A stretch of 42,548 nt of DNA from a virus (taxonomy: Duplodnaviria; Caudoviricetes), in IMG/VR virus record IMGVR_UViG_3300029169_000008, positions 1-42,548 of that record; one strand, 5' to 3'. The translations under genes and the position numbers were made by a program. A model generated the notes under the pieces. It saw only the letters and a list, made by a program, of their open reading frames with translations, was not told where the DNA came from and did not search any database. Positions within the stretch are counted from its first letter, which is position 1. Each line of letters starts with the position of its first letter. Shown here one piece after another: positions 20,208 through 29,097 of this stretch.

Positions 20208-21299
20208 TTATACAATTCTAATGTGTAAAGAACCGGATGCGTTTGCGTCTGGTCCACTAGCTTTTCTTTTCTTAACTCTAACTTTCACGGTCATTGTAGC
20301 CGATCCAGCAATTTCAATTCTTCCGCCTTCGCTAAAGTGCTCAGACCCACCGGGCATTGCACTAGAGTTCATAGCTACTTTGTAAACGATTACATCAGAA
20401 GCGTCATCAGATACTAACTGAGCTTGTGCATTTTCATCACAAACATACTGGTATCCGTAAACGTAAGCAGTCTGGCCCGCTCCTACAGATACACTAACTA
20501 CGTCAGTGTAAGTTCCAGAAACTGCAATCTCACCGTCAGCAGCAGCAGCTAGGTCATCAGAAGCATTATAAGCTTCAGTACCTGCAGCGGCAGAGACAGC
20601 TTGTACGTTAATGCTACCGTCAGCATTAACTGCTAGTGTATCAGTGCCGTCGCTAATCGCTACGTTATCTTGAGAAGCAGAGAGATCTCTGATGTCAAGG
20701 TCTACAGCGTCTACAGTTAAGGAACCGCCAGCATCTGAAACAGGAACTGGGTTCCCGTTAGCTACGTCAGCATCTCCAACTTGAATGTTAGCATTTACGT
20801 TTAGGTTATCATGAGTCGCTTGAACAGCTTCTACAGAATCTGTAGCAGAGTCAAGGTCACGAATATCAAGGTCAGTAGCAGTTGCTACTACATTGATACT
20901 ACCGTCAGCATTTACGCCCATAACGTCAGTGCCGTCTGAGATAGCTACGTTGTCTTGCCCAGCGTCTAAATCTCTGATATCGAGATCAGTAGCTGAAACA
21001 GTTACTGCGCCGTCTACAGTGATTGATCCACCGCCATCACTGATTACTACTTGACCCCCCGTGTCCAATCGAACAGCATGAGCCGTTCCAGTGTCAGTAC
21101 CGTCTTCAGTACCTACGATCAAAATGTTAGAGCTGTCTCCAGCTGCGTTTAGTCCTAAAAAGTCCGTTACTACTGTAACATCAGCTTGTACTAGTAGACG
21201 ACCATTTACGTCTAATTGCAGTTCGCTTTTCTCTGTATCTAATAGAGTAGGTAAAGAACTGTTATATTCCCCTACTTTTAATCCAAAATCATTAGCCAT
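20208..21299 (-). CDS. repeat-containing head fibre / decoration protein
   Basis: Three DLDIRDL repeats and two QDNVAISDGTDxxxVNADGSINV repeats; has its own promoter motif and terminator. Confidence 0.6.
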   Translation of the reverse strand: MANDFGLKVGEYNSSLPTLLDTEKSELQLDVNGRLLVQADVTVVTDFLGLNAAGDSSNILIVGTEDGTDTGTAHAVRLDTGGQVVISDGGGSITVDGAVTVSATDLDIRDLDAGQDNVAISDGTDVMGVNADGSINVVATATDLDIRDLDSATDSVEAVQATHDNLNVNANIQVGDADVANGNPVPVSDAGGSLTVDAVDLDIRDLSASQDNVAISDGTDTLAVNADGSINVQAVSAAAGTEAYNASDDLAAAADGEIAVSGTYTDVVSVSVGAGQTAYVYGYQYVCDENAQAQLVSDDASDVIVYKVAMNSSAMPGGSEHFSEGGRIEIAGSATMTVKVRVKKRKASGPDANASGSLHIRIV

Positions 21300-21376
21300 T
21301 TCTTATTATTTCCTTCTCTTACTTATCTTATATGTCTAATTAGGTAGCCTATTCCACCTATACTATAATTGTTACC

Positions 21377-21928
21377 CTAACTGTTTATAAAGCCTTCCAG
21401 AGCCACAAAAGTAGCTACGTTGCCTGCTCCTATGTCTTCTACCTTACAGTCTACTGTCAAGACCTGCCCTGAGGTCAATCCTCTAGGCTCCTTGAACTCA
21501 AAATCTACCGTTCTCTCTAGAGGGCTAGATCTTCTATACCTTTTTACAGCTCCGTCTATTTTTACCCTGAAATCAGAGGTAGTGGACGCATTACATTCTA
21601 AATTTACTATCTTAGTAGCTGCGTTTACTGAAGTATACGTGTATACAGTAACCCAAGCTACGGAATTTACCGTACTACTACCCTCGTCGAATATCTGACT
21701 GGTATGAGTGGCAGGGACTACATCTATCGAGCCATCTGAGTTAATCTTAAGAAAGTCTTCAGTTACACCATTTCCTATTCTAATAGAATCTTCAGTGTGG
21801 TCTATAGATACAGCTATTTCTCCGCCGTCGATGCTTAGAGTAGAGTCTACCCTAATGCGTCTGTTGACTTCATCATAAGCACCTTTAAGTACCTGTTCTG
21901 AATCTAGCTTGGTGTAAGGAGGAGCCAT
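21377..21928 (-). CDS. putative virion decoration or structural protein
   Basis: KLDSEQVLKGAYD N-terminal motif, plus INSDGSIDV resembling the repeat of 20208..21299. Confidence 0.55.
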   Translation of the reverse strand: MAPPYTKLDSEQVLKGAYDEVNRRIRVDSTLSIDGGEIAVSIDHTEDSIRIGNGVTEDFLKINSDGSIDVVPATHTSQIFDEGSSTVNSVAWVTVYTYTSVNAATKIVNLECNASTTSDFRVKIDGAVKRYRRSSPLERTVDFEFKEPRGLTSGQVLTVDCKVEDIGAGNVATFVALEGFINS

Positions 21929-21929
21929 G

Positions 21930-22076
21930 TTACCTACTTAAAATCACATATAATACGGACATTAATAAAATGCAATTTAGTATTGTTAATCTGTCTATTC
22001 GTCTTAGGTTCGCTGACCGCCTTAGTTTTAGTTTTTTTGATTTACCTTTGCCTGGATTTAGTGTTAGCTGGGCCAT
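21930..22076 (-). CDS. small membrane-anchored protein, paralog-like to 7501..7899
   Basis: Not in the ORF track. MAQLTLNPGKGKSKKLKLRRSANLRRIDRLTILNCILLMSVLYVILSR (48 aa) fills the gap between portal and the next gene. Confidence 0.6.
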   Translation of the reverse strand: MAQLTLNPGKGKSKKLKLRRSANLRRIDRLTILNCILLMSVLYVILSR

Positions 22077-22078
22077 GC

Positions 22079-24127
22079 TTAGCCCTCACCTTCCGGCACG
22101 TCGCCTATTAATTGATTAAAGCCTTCAGATGCTGTGATAGGCATCTCTGGAGCCCCTGCAGCAGCTGGTAAGTTAGGAACTGACATATTAGCTACAGTGT
22201 CTAGTCCACCTGGAGGCGGAGCCATAGTCCCTCCAGGAGGCGGCTCACCTTCTATCGCTTCGGGAGGTTGTTGAGCTTGCTCAGGGGGTAAAGGCTGTTG
22301 GCCTAAAGCCACTAAGATATCAGGATCTGTTTCTTTTAGGGCTGTAATATGATCTTGGATATGTTCAGTAGCTGCCGCCATAAGCTCAGCATTACTTCTT
22401 AAGTTAGGATCATTGAATACTGCCTTATGTTGTTTGATGTGGGTGATATGATCGTCTGTAGCCATTACGGGAGGGTTTACGCCTTCCATAAGTTGTTCAT
22501 TCTCTGCTCTGATTAAGATTAACTCGTTCTGAGCGCCCTCTACCATACTATCTAAACTACCAGTATTCATTACTGTGAAATAGTCTTCCGCAGAAGATAT
22601 AATCTGATACTGAAGAAGGTTGTTAGCCATGTCTATTTTACCGCCAGTAGTTTTACTGATAGGGTTAGATACTTCCACAAACACTCTGTTGATGGATTGA
22701 AGGTCGTCTGACTTAAACTCTTTTAGCAAAGCTTTCTTACCTTTACCTACAATAGCTGCTACTCTTGGAGTCTCTGCGAACTCTTGGAGCATTTTAATAG
22801 TGTTAGTTCCTACGTCTTCCATTAGTTTAATGTATGAGTGTTGTAGGCCTGATATAAACTGAATAGCTTGGGCTTGGATCAAGGCTAGCGCGTTTCCGCT
22901 TCTTAGGTTAGCTTCTGGATTACCCCTAGCTACGCTATTTACTCCTGAGATAGTCTCCATCGTGGCTTCTAGCTTGTTTAGCATATTAAACACTTCCGCT
23001 GGAGTTTGAGTTAGGTTTAGAGGTTCCGGCTTACTTAGCCCTTGTTGATACTCTATAATATTTAGACCGCCATGAAGCTGAGTTAAGTTAATATCAGCCC
23101 CTTTAGGGATCATAATATTCTGAACCCCAAAAGCATTTTGGTTAGTAATTATAGTTGAGTTAAGCATGTTGATAGCTTCTTGTATAGGCATCAAATCAAA
23201 CAATACTGTATACCCAAAAGGAGTCCCCATGATATCTGCATACTTCATGTCGAATACTGGAATGAATCTATAAGGAAGCGGTAAATCTATAAAAGTGATC
23301 TCTGGGTTGATAAATAGGATATATCTACCGTCAGGTACAGCATCTGTTCTATCGTGAAAGAACTCATATACAGGAACTTGATCTGATTCACTATTTCTAC
23401 CTACGCTAAGTCTGTAAGATTGCTCAGAGTCTCTAGTCCTTACGCCTTCTAGTTTATCTGCGTATTCAGGATACTTAGCCATTAGATCGGCTTTGTTTTT
23501 ATAGGATTTTACTATTAACCAATCGTGCTCATCTGCGTCGTCTCTATAAACGTCTCTGATTACGTTTAAAGGGTGTACTGCTTTGTATTCGATGTCTCCG
23601 TTGTATACGTAAGACTTAGTATCTTCGTTATATCCGACTTGATCCCCGGCAGTAGCGTTCCATTCCATCTTAATCCAACCTTCGCCTAGTACTACAGTGT
23701 AATCTACTGCTTTCTTTAGTACTTTCTCTAGATTCTTCTCTCTAAGGTAGTAATCTAGTAATCCGTTTGCTAAGTAAGTCTGGCTGAGGGACTTACTATC
23801 AGTATTTACGGACTGGGCTTGCATTGACGGTCTATTAGCCGTAGTAAGATTTACAATATGATCTCCGATGTTTCTGAAGTGATTTACTGGAAAGTATAGT
23901 AATTCTCCTTGATCTCCTGTGTTTAGGATCTCGTGGCTAGAGGAGCTTGGGGAGTTAACATCATTGAAGTTGCCGTGGTAGTATCTCCAGCTTTTATGTA
24001 TTTTGTCTAAAAGGCCAGAATCCTCCATAGAGTCTTCCCAGTTTTGGATCTTGTTTTCGAGAACGCTTACACACTCTTCAGAGTCTTGCATAGCGAAGTA
24101 GGTATTCTTTATTTTCTTATCAGCCAT
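22079..24127 (-). CDS. portal protein (podovirus P22-like)
   Basis: 682 aa directly after the large terminase. Motifs GEGWIK, L.PIQEAIN, METISGVNSVARG and SG.AL, with a Pro/Gln-rich tail. Confidence 0.85.
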   Translation of the reverse strand: MADKKIKNTYFAMQDSEECVSVLENKIQNWEDSMEDSGLLDKIHKSWRYYHGNFNDVNSPSSSSHEILNTGDQGELLYFPVNHFRNIGDHIVNLTTANRPSMQAQSVNTDSKSLSQTYLANGLLDYYLREKNLEKVLKKAVDYTVVLGEGWIKMEWNATAGDQVGYNEDTKSYVYNGDIEYKAVHPLNVIRDVYRDDADEHDWLIVKSYKNKADLMAKYPEYADKLEGVRTRDSEQSYRLSVGRNSESDQVPVYEFFHDRTDAVPDGRYILFINPEITFIDLPLPYRFIPVFDMKYADIMGTPFGYTVLFDLMPIQEAINMLNSTIITNQNAFGVQNIMIPKGADINLTQLHGGLNIIEYQQGLSKPEPLNLTQTPAEVFNMLNKLEATMETISGVNSVARGNPEANLRSGNALALIQAQAIQFISGLQHSYIKLMEDVGTNTIKMLQEFAETPRVAAIVGKGKKALLKEFKSDDLQSINRVFVEVSNPISKTTGGKIDMANNLLQYQIISSAEDYFTVMNTGSLDSMVEGAQNELILIRAENEQLMEGVNPPVMATDDHITHIKQHKAVFNDPNLRSNAELMAAATEHIQDHITALKETDPDILVALGQQPLPPEQAQQPPEAIEGEPPPGGTMAPPPGGLDTVANMSVPNLPAAAGAPEMPITASEGFNQLIGDVPEGEG

Positions 24128-24142
24128 AGTAAATCCTTGTTA

Positions 24143-25612
24143 TTATTTGTTACTTCTCTTTTTTATAAAGACTCCGCGAAGGGCCTCTTGCGTAGAAGAT
24201 AACTTTTTGTTATTATTAGGAGCGAAGTGTGTATCTTCGTTAACTCCTTGATTTGGAAAAGGGTTTTTATGCCAATTAACCATACGAACTAAGTAAATTA
24301 AGGCATCTAGCAAGTCAAAGTGACCTGCTTTGTCGGTTCTATCGAAAGTCTTCTTGTTTTTAGCCCATATCGCAGACTCTAGTTGGAATATCAACTGCTT
24401 ACATCTAGGATTAATAACAACCTTACCTTGAGATAGCTTTATTCTTAAGTTATTGATAGCTGCAGGCTTATCGTCCTTGGCAGCAGGTACGAAGGATAGA
24501 CCGTGAAGCTGTGAGAGGTCATTTAACAGAATTGGCTCATTATCGCTGATTCTCAAGAATACTCCCCGATAAGTACCATGTTGATCTGTCCAGTGCTTTC
24601 TTTCCCTTATACTAACTTCACTGGCAATGTGCTCACTGGTAACTTTACTACCGTTTACTAGATACTCGTCTTCTATAATTAGTTTTGCTTGGTTAAAATC
24701 CAAATAAGCGAATAATATCCCGGTGTTATCCGTAACTCCTGGGTCCATAGAGGTATAAGCGTCGTAGTAATCAGGTCTTTTGTTTTCCATCACTATCTTA
24801 TCTTGTAATTCTTTGTTAAATTCAGGAATTACCATAGAATCAACATCAGATATGATTTCACACATATACTCTCTACGCCAAGTGCTAGAATCCTCGCCTC
24901 CTGATAACTCTTTAAGTATCTCGATCTGTTCTTCGTCTAAGTGAGCTTTTAGATTAGGAGGATCATTCTTAATGGCGTCTAATACTTGATAGATAGTCTG
25001 CTCTGTATAAGAATCTTCCAGTTTAGCCTCTTTTATAAACTGAACGAATGGATGAGCTACGGACCTTGGGGCTGAGCTAGATAAAATGAGTTTGCCTTTA
25101 GTCGTAAGAGTCTGGGGTAGTAGTATATCTTTTACTAGATACTCTAAATCTTTAACAAACCCGGCCTCATCAATAATTCCTAGATCAGTACTAGTTCCCC
25201 TTAGCCGCTCTGCATTACCCTCATCTGCCCCTTCGATCTGCAGTTTAGCTCCATTATGGAATTTATAGCACCTATCATGCTTATAATATTTAGGTTTTAA
25301 TTCTGCTGGGCAGTCTTGTAGTATCTGAGGCATATTCTGCTGTATGATTTTCTGCGCCATTACGGAAGTTCCGCAGACATAATGTACTGTAGAGTCTGGA
25401 GTAGTGAGGCACTTCTCTAAAGCTAGTACTAGTAGGCCAAAGCTTTTACCAGTTCTTCGAGACTGGTTAACTACTGGTAACTTATAATCCTGCTTAAGTA
25501 GCATGTTTCTTACTTTTTTCTGAGCTGAATTGAGCTTCCAGTGTAGAATGCCCTTTCTCCACAAAAGAGATACAGCTTCGCTTTTAGTAGGAGTTAGGTT
25601 TTTACTACTCAT
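24143..25612 (-). CDS. terL: terminase large subunit
   Basis: Walker A SRRTGKS, LRG, Walker B GIIDEAG, WRREYMCE, nuclease MDPG and HFDLLDALIY. Confidence 0.92.
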   Translation of the reverse strand: MSSKNLTPTKSEAVSLLWRKGILHWKLNSAQKKVRNMLLKQDYKLPVVNQSRRTGKSFGLLVLALEKCLTTPDSTVHYVCGTSVMAQKIIQQNMPQILQDCPAELKPKYYKHDRCYKFHNGAKLQIEGADEGNAERLRGTSTDLGIIDEAGFVKDLEYLVKDILLPQTLTTKGKLILSSSAPRSVAHPFVQFIKEAKLEDSYTEQTIYQVLDAIKNDPPNLKAHLDEEQIEILKELSGGEDSSTWRREYMCEIISDVDSMVIPEFNKELQDKIVMENKRPDYYDAYTSMDPGVTDNTGILFAYLDFNQAKLIIEDEYLVNGSKVTSEHIASEVSIRERKHWTDQHGTYRGVFLRISDNEPILLNDLSQLHGLSFVPAAKDDKPAAINNLRIKLSQGKVVINPRCKQLIFQLESAIWAKNKKTFDRTDKAGHFDLLDALIYLVRMVNWHKNPFPNQGVNEDTHFAPNNNKKLSSTQEALRGVFIKKRSNK

Positions 25613-25890
25613 TTTTTACTTTTCTTTTTCCTAGTCACTGTCTTAGGCTTAGGAGCTGAAGGCTCCATTAAAGCTAGGGCATCTTCTACTGTTAAAGTCT
25701 TAGGACCTCCAACGCTACCATCTATAGTAGTTGGTTCGTTCTCTATAAGACGTAAGTTCTTAACTAGTAAATCATACATCTTCACTTCTTCTGGGCTTAG
25801 GAGTCTTTCTTTTGAAATGTCCTTCAGTCGCCCTAGCTGCTCAAGAGCTATCTCATGCTCTGGGCTAGTTATCTTATAAACAATAGACAC
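25609..25890 (-). CDS. hypothetical protein, terminase small subunit candidate
   Basis: 93 aa, ATGA overlap with terL; positional inference only. Confidence 0.45.
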   Translation of the reverse strand: MSIVYKITSPEHEIALEQLGRLKDISKERLLSPEEVKMYDLLVKNLRLIENEPTTIDGSVGGPKTLTVEDALALMEPSAPKPKTVTRKKKSKK

Positions 25891-25892
25891 TA

Positions 25893-26156
25893 TTACCGCC
25901 TTTTTGTATTAGTCAATGCGCCTGCGCCAGTAGTCATAAACATTAACTTATTCTCTAAGGATCTTAACCTTTCGTCGTATGAGTCTTTTACGGCTACTGC
26001 CTCTTTAAGCTCTGCATACTTCAAGAAAGATAGGTATCCAATGCAACCTAGTGCCATTAAGGACTCCGCTATTGCTAAGCCTCCTGGCATGAATGCTTTT
26101 ACTGTTAAAGCTAGAAACCCAACTACTATTAGATAATATGATACTTTATTACTCAT
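25893..26156 (-). CDS. two-TM membrane protein
   Basis: Two hydrophobic helices followed by a short coiled coil. Confidence 0.55.
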   Translation of the reverse strand: MSNKVSYYLIVVGFLALTVKAFMPGGLAIAESLMALGCIGYLSFLKYAELKEAVAVKDSYDERLRSLENKLMFMTTGAGALTNTKRR

Positions 26157-26355
26157 TTGTAATACTCTCTTTCTGTGTTGCTTGTAATAACATGCTATTT
26201 AGCTGAACTATTACTTCTTTTATATGCTGGATTAGGTTATTAACGTCAGGAACTGCAGCTCCTGGTACTTGGCACTTGGCTATGGCAGCTAAAAAGCTAT
26301 TCATTTCAGCAAGATGCGTACGGACTTGTTCTAAGTCTAGATCTTCGTTACTCAT
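26149..26355 (-). CDS. hypothetical protein, first gene of the late operon
   Basis: 68 aa, AAGGAG RBS. Confidence 0.6.
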   Translation of the reverse strand: MSNEDLDLEQVRTHLAEMNSFLAAIAKCQVPGAAVPDVNNLIQHIKEVIVQLNSMLLQATQKESITNE

Positions 26356-26497
26356 TAATTCTCCTTTAACTATCCAACATGGGTAAGTTTTAGTCGTCGC
26401 TGCCTTTCGGTAAGCGTTAGATGTTGCCGTGACGAGCTTTATTAGTAGGCCTGCTTACAGGTATAACTTCTTTGGCGTATCTTTTACTATTTGTTAC

Positions 26498-26525
26498 TTG
26501 TAAAATTAATAAAATATGGTATACT
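26498..26525 (+). promoter_or_regulatory. sigma70-type extended -10 promoter
   Basis: TTGTAA...TG-G-TATACT, 7 nt before ATG 26533. Confidence 0.5.
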
Positions 26526-26532
26526 GAAAGGT

Positions 26533-26886
26533 ATGAAGAAAGACGACTTATTAAAAATCATAGAACTGCTAGTGGAGACTAAGTTTAAGATAGCTGACTA
26601 CATGAATACTGAAAATGTGAACCATAGAGCTATTGTATATAACTTAAGTGTTGAGATTGATAGGGAGTTTGATAGTATACTAAAATCTATAGGCGCTATC
26701 GAAGACCCTGAGTTAAGGTCTAAGCAGATAGAAGCTATGAAAGAGGTTATCAGCGCAGAGTCTATTAAAGAGTCGTTAGTTATGCTAGATGGAAGTGGCG
26801 ACTTAGATGAACTCATGGATAAAGACGATACGGACGTAGATCCGTTTATATTTCAAAACATAAATAAAGAGATACCGGAGGCGTAA
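26533..26886 (+). CDS. hypothetical protein
   Basis: Track ORF 26491..26886; ATG 26533 (MKKDDLL) preferred because it follows the promoter. Confidence 0.6.
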   Translation: MKKDDLLKIIELLVETKFKIADYMNTENVNHRAIVYNLSVEIDREFDSILKSIGAIEDPELRSKQIEAMKEVISAESIKESLVMLDGSGDLDELMDKDDTDVDPFIFQNINKEIPEA

Positions 26887-27153
26887 ATGAACAGAGATGT
26901 AATGTTAAAAGAAGTGGCTAAGCTCCTAGAACGTAAGGGAGTGCCTAATAAACCTATTAGGCAGCCTGTAGTTAGAGGCGACGGGCAAACTAGAGATCAG
27001 CTGATTAACCACCACAAAAGGCTAATGAACTTATTCAAAGGACTTAAACCAGACTTACTTAAAAGAGAATACGATATACTTAAATTCCAAGTAGAGAAAG
27101 AAGAGGCCGAACGTGCTAACCAAGTCAGCGATTCAAAAAGCGATCCAGAGTAA
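26887..27153 (+). CDS. hypothetical protein
   Basis: 88 aa, GGAGG RBS, abuts the upstream stop. Confidence 0.6.
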   Translation: MNRDVMLKEVAKLLERKGVPNKPIRQPVVRGDGQTRDQLINHHKRLMNLFKGLKPDLLKREYDILKFQVEKEEAERANQVSDSKSDPE

Positions 27154-27628
27154 AGAGTTAATTATAGAGCCTTTGGTTGAAGATAATATCAACCCTAACT
27201 CTATTGATGTTTCTTTGTTCAAAGAGTTAAAAACTTACCGTAACTTTATTCTAGACCCTCAAGTTGATAATAAAACTGAAACGACAGAGATATCAGAAGA
27301 AGGTAAGGTTCTATACCCAGGTGAATTATACTTAGGCAGGACTAATGAATGGACCGAAGCGCATAATCTAATCCCACTACTAGAGGGCAAGTCTAGTCTA
27401 GCTAGGTTAGGGATTAGCATCCATACTACTGCAGGATTCGGAGATGTTGGGTTTAGAGGTTACTGGGTTCTTGAGATTACAGTAACTAAGCCTGTTTTCG
27501 TTTACCCTAATATGAAGATCGGTCAGCTATGTTTTCATAAGCCAGAAGGTAGCATAGATACTACTTATAGCGGCAAATACCAAGATCAAGATACTATCCA
27601 GTCTTGCAAATCCCACATTAAAGAATAA
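27113..27628 (+). CDS. dcd: dCTP deaminase
   Basis: INPNSIDV, L.PGE.YLG.T.E, GKSSLARLG, AGFGDVGFRG...LEI, KIGQLCF and Y.GKYQ.Q motifs. Confidence 0.92.
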   Translation: MLTKSAIQKAIQSKELIIEPLVEDNINPNSIDVSLFKELKTYRNFILDPQVDNKTETTEISEEGKVLYPGELYLGRTNEWTEAHNLIPLLEGKSSLARLGISIHTTAGFGDVGFRGYWVLEITVTKPVFVYPNMKIGQLCFHKPEGSIDTTYSGKYQDQDTIQSCKSHIKE

Positions 27629-28333
27629 TTATTTAAGGTAACTCTTATATTTCTCAAGAACTCTAGCTTTTTCGTTAGGGTTCTTTATGCGTTCTAGCAA
27701 AGATAACAACTCGCCTTTAGCCCTCTCATCAATAGATCCCATAACTTCAGGGAAATGCTCACCTGCAAACCGTTCAGCCTCGGCAAGACGCCTCTTAGCA
27801 ATTCCTGGAACCTTACCTGCGTTAGATCTTAGCATAATCTCTTGAGCTGCCTTACTTACGTTATTAGAATCTAAGTGAGCCCTCATCATAGGACCTAACA
27901 GCTTGGGATTATTATAATACATACTCATAAGTGCTGATTCTTGATCTTCATTCAACTTGGCGTTAGGGAAGTCTCTCTTCTTGATAGTTTGATATTCAGG
28001 GTACTTAACTTCTAAGGTCTTCCTGGTCATCATTCTACTCTGTTCAGGGCTTAATACTCCGTCAGGGCCTCTCAGCTGCTCCATGTCGAGATTTAAGGCT
28101 TCAGCTGCCTTCTGGGTAGCAGGGCTACTTAAGTTGGCCCCAGCGCCTATTGTGTCGATCTGAGAAGAATCCTTATACTTGGTGGGGGAATAACCTTCGT
28201 GCTCTAAGAGGAAATCAGTGGTCCTATCTAGCACTTCATTGGAGTTATCTTCAGTGATGGCCTCAGCAGGATCAACCATCTGTTGCCTAGCTCTGGATAT
28301 ATTAGCCTTAGATAACTTAGACTTAAGATCCAT
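27629..28333 (-). CDS. phage lysozyme (T4L/GH24-like) domain protein
   Basis: HEGYSPTKYKDSSQIDTIGAG (E-x8-D-x5-T), ALMSMYYN and GIAKRR.AE; start at MDLKSK (28333) overlaps the upstream small ORF. Confidence 0.75.
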   Translation of the reverse strand: MDLKSKLSKANISRARQQMVDPAEAITEDNSNEVLDRTTDFLLEHEGYSPTKYKDSSQIDTIGAGANLSSPATQKAAEALNLDMEQLRGPDGVLSPEQSRMMTRKTLEVKYPEYQTIKKRDFPNAKLNEDQESALMSMYYNNPKLLGPMMRAHLDSNNVSKAAQEIMLRSNAGKVPGIAKRRLAEAERFAGEHFPEVMGSIDERAKGELLSLLERIKNPNEKARVLEKYKSYLK

Positions 28334-28481
28334 GCTTATTCCTACCGAGCTGACGATTAAGAAGCTTTTTAAGCTTATCCAGCTTAGGTTTCCTAGCTCC
28401 TGATTTAGTCTTCTCCAGTTGATTACCATATACTGTCTTTAAATTACCCTGTAAGGTCTTCATATCATTTATCTTAGCCAT
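28323..28481 (-). CDS. small basic hypothetical protein
   Basis: Not in the ORF track. MAKINDMKTLQGNLKTVYGNQLEKTKSGARKPKLDKLKKLLNRQLGRNKHGS (52 aa), just after a late-promoter motif and overlapping the lysozyme start. Confidence 0.55.
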   Translation of the reverse strand: MAKINDMKTLQGNLKTVYGNQLEKTKSGARKPKLDKLKKLLNRQLGRNKHGS

Positions 28482-28507
28482 ATAAACATTTGTTTAGCTG
28501 GTTTTTA

Positions 28508-28768
28508 TTAACCTAGCCAATCATCCGTCTCGTCTTTTAGCATCCTTTGCTTCATAGAGTCTTGACATAGCTCATAACCATCTGATTCTTCTATTGAGTT
28601 AGATAGACAAGAGAATAAGCTAATAACAGTATCCTTCTTAATCTCTAAGGCTTCAATAGCATATATAGGCGGGGATACCTTAAGGCTTGCATCCTTTTTT
28701 ATCAAATACTTATTACCATAAGAGTCTACTACTACGTCCCCTTTTTTAAACCTAGGCTTCCGCTTCAT
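28508..28768 (-). CDS. small protein, EWL-tail family (ends LKDETDDWLG)
   Basis: RFKKGDVV start; ATGA overlap at 28768 (the track start is 28777). Confidence 0.7.
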   Translation of the reverse strand: MKRKPRFKKGDVVVDSYGNKYLIKKDASLKVSPPIYAIEALEIKKDTVISLFSCLSNSIEESDGYELCQDSMKQRMLKDETDDWLG

Positions 28769-29016
28769 TCCAGCCATTCCTTAACTTCTTCGCTTACTTT
28801 CTTCTGCTTAGCGAACTCAGAGTACAGATCTAGCTCATACTCAAACGCTACAGAGATAGTAGACTTGTCATCTTTGTCTGCAATAACATACATATAGCAA
28901 TGTTGATCTGGGTTATAGTTTACTAACTTAACTACAAGAGGGCCATAGATTATCTCGTCATCTAACGTGGAGATAACAACATCTCCTACTTCAAACTTAG
29001 CATATCCAACAGTCAT
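28765..29016 (-). CDS. small protein, EWL-tail family (ends VSEEVKEWLE)
   Basis: KFEVGDVV start; consensus promoter upstream. Confidence 0.75.
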   Translation of the reverse strand: MTVGYAKFEVGDVVISTLDDEIIYGPLVVKLVNYNPDQHCYMYVIADKDDKSTISVAFEYELDLYSEFAKQKKVSEEVKEWLE

Positions 29017-29021
29017 ACCAT

Positions 29022-29050
29022 ATTATACACCAACTAGCTAAGAATGTCAA
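29022..29050 (-). promoter_or_regulatory. consensus sigma70 promoter
   Basis: TTGACA-17 nt-TATAAT, 5 nt before ATG 29016. Confidence 0.85.
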
Positions 29051-29068
29051 GGCTTTATACGATTTATC

Positions 29069-29097
29069 TTTACTTTTTCCTCGAAATGTGGTAAACT
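29069..29097 (+). promoter_or_regulatory. sigma70-type promoter into a structured non-coding region
   Basis: TTTACT-17 nt-TAAACT with extended TG. Confidence 0.5.

Noticed and set aside
2668-26136. Plus-strand ORFs in the structural block (e.g. 7586..8017, 11112..11612, 12658..13077)
   Set aside because: They are antisense shadows of well-supported minus-strand genes, with no RBS or recognisable motifs.
28334-28429. Hydrophobic SAR-like N-terminus on the lysozyme
   Set aside because: It overlaps a better-placed 52 aa ORF (28323..28481) that follows the promoter motif; the start at 28333 is more parsimonious, though not proven.
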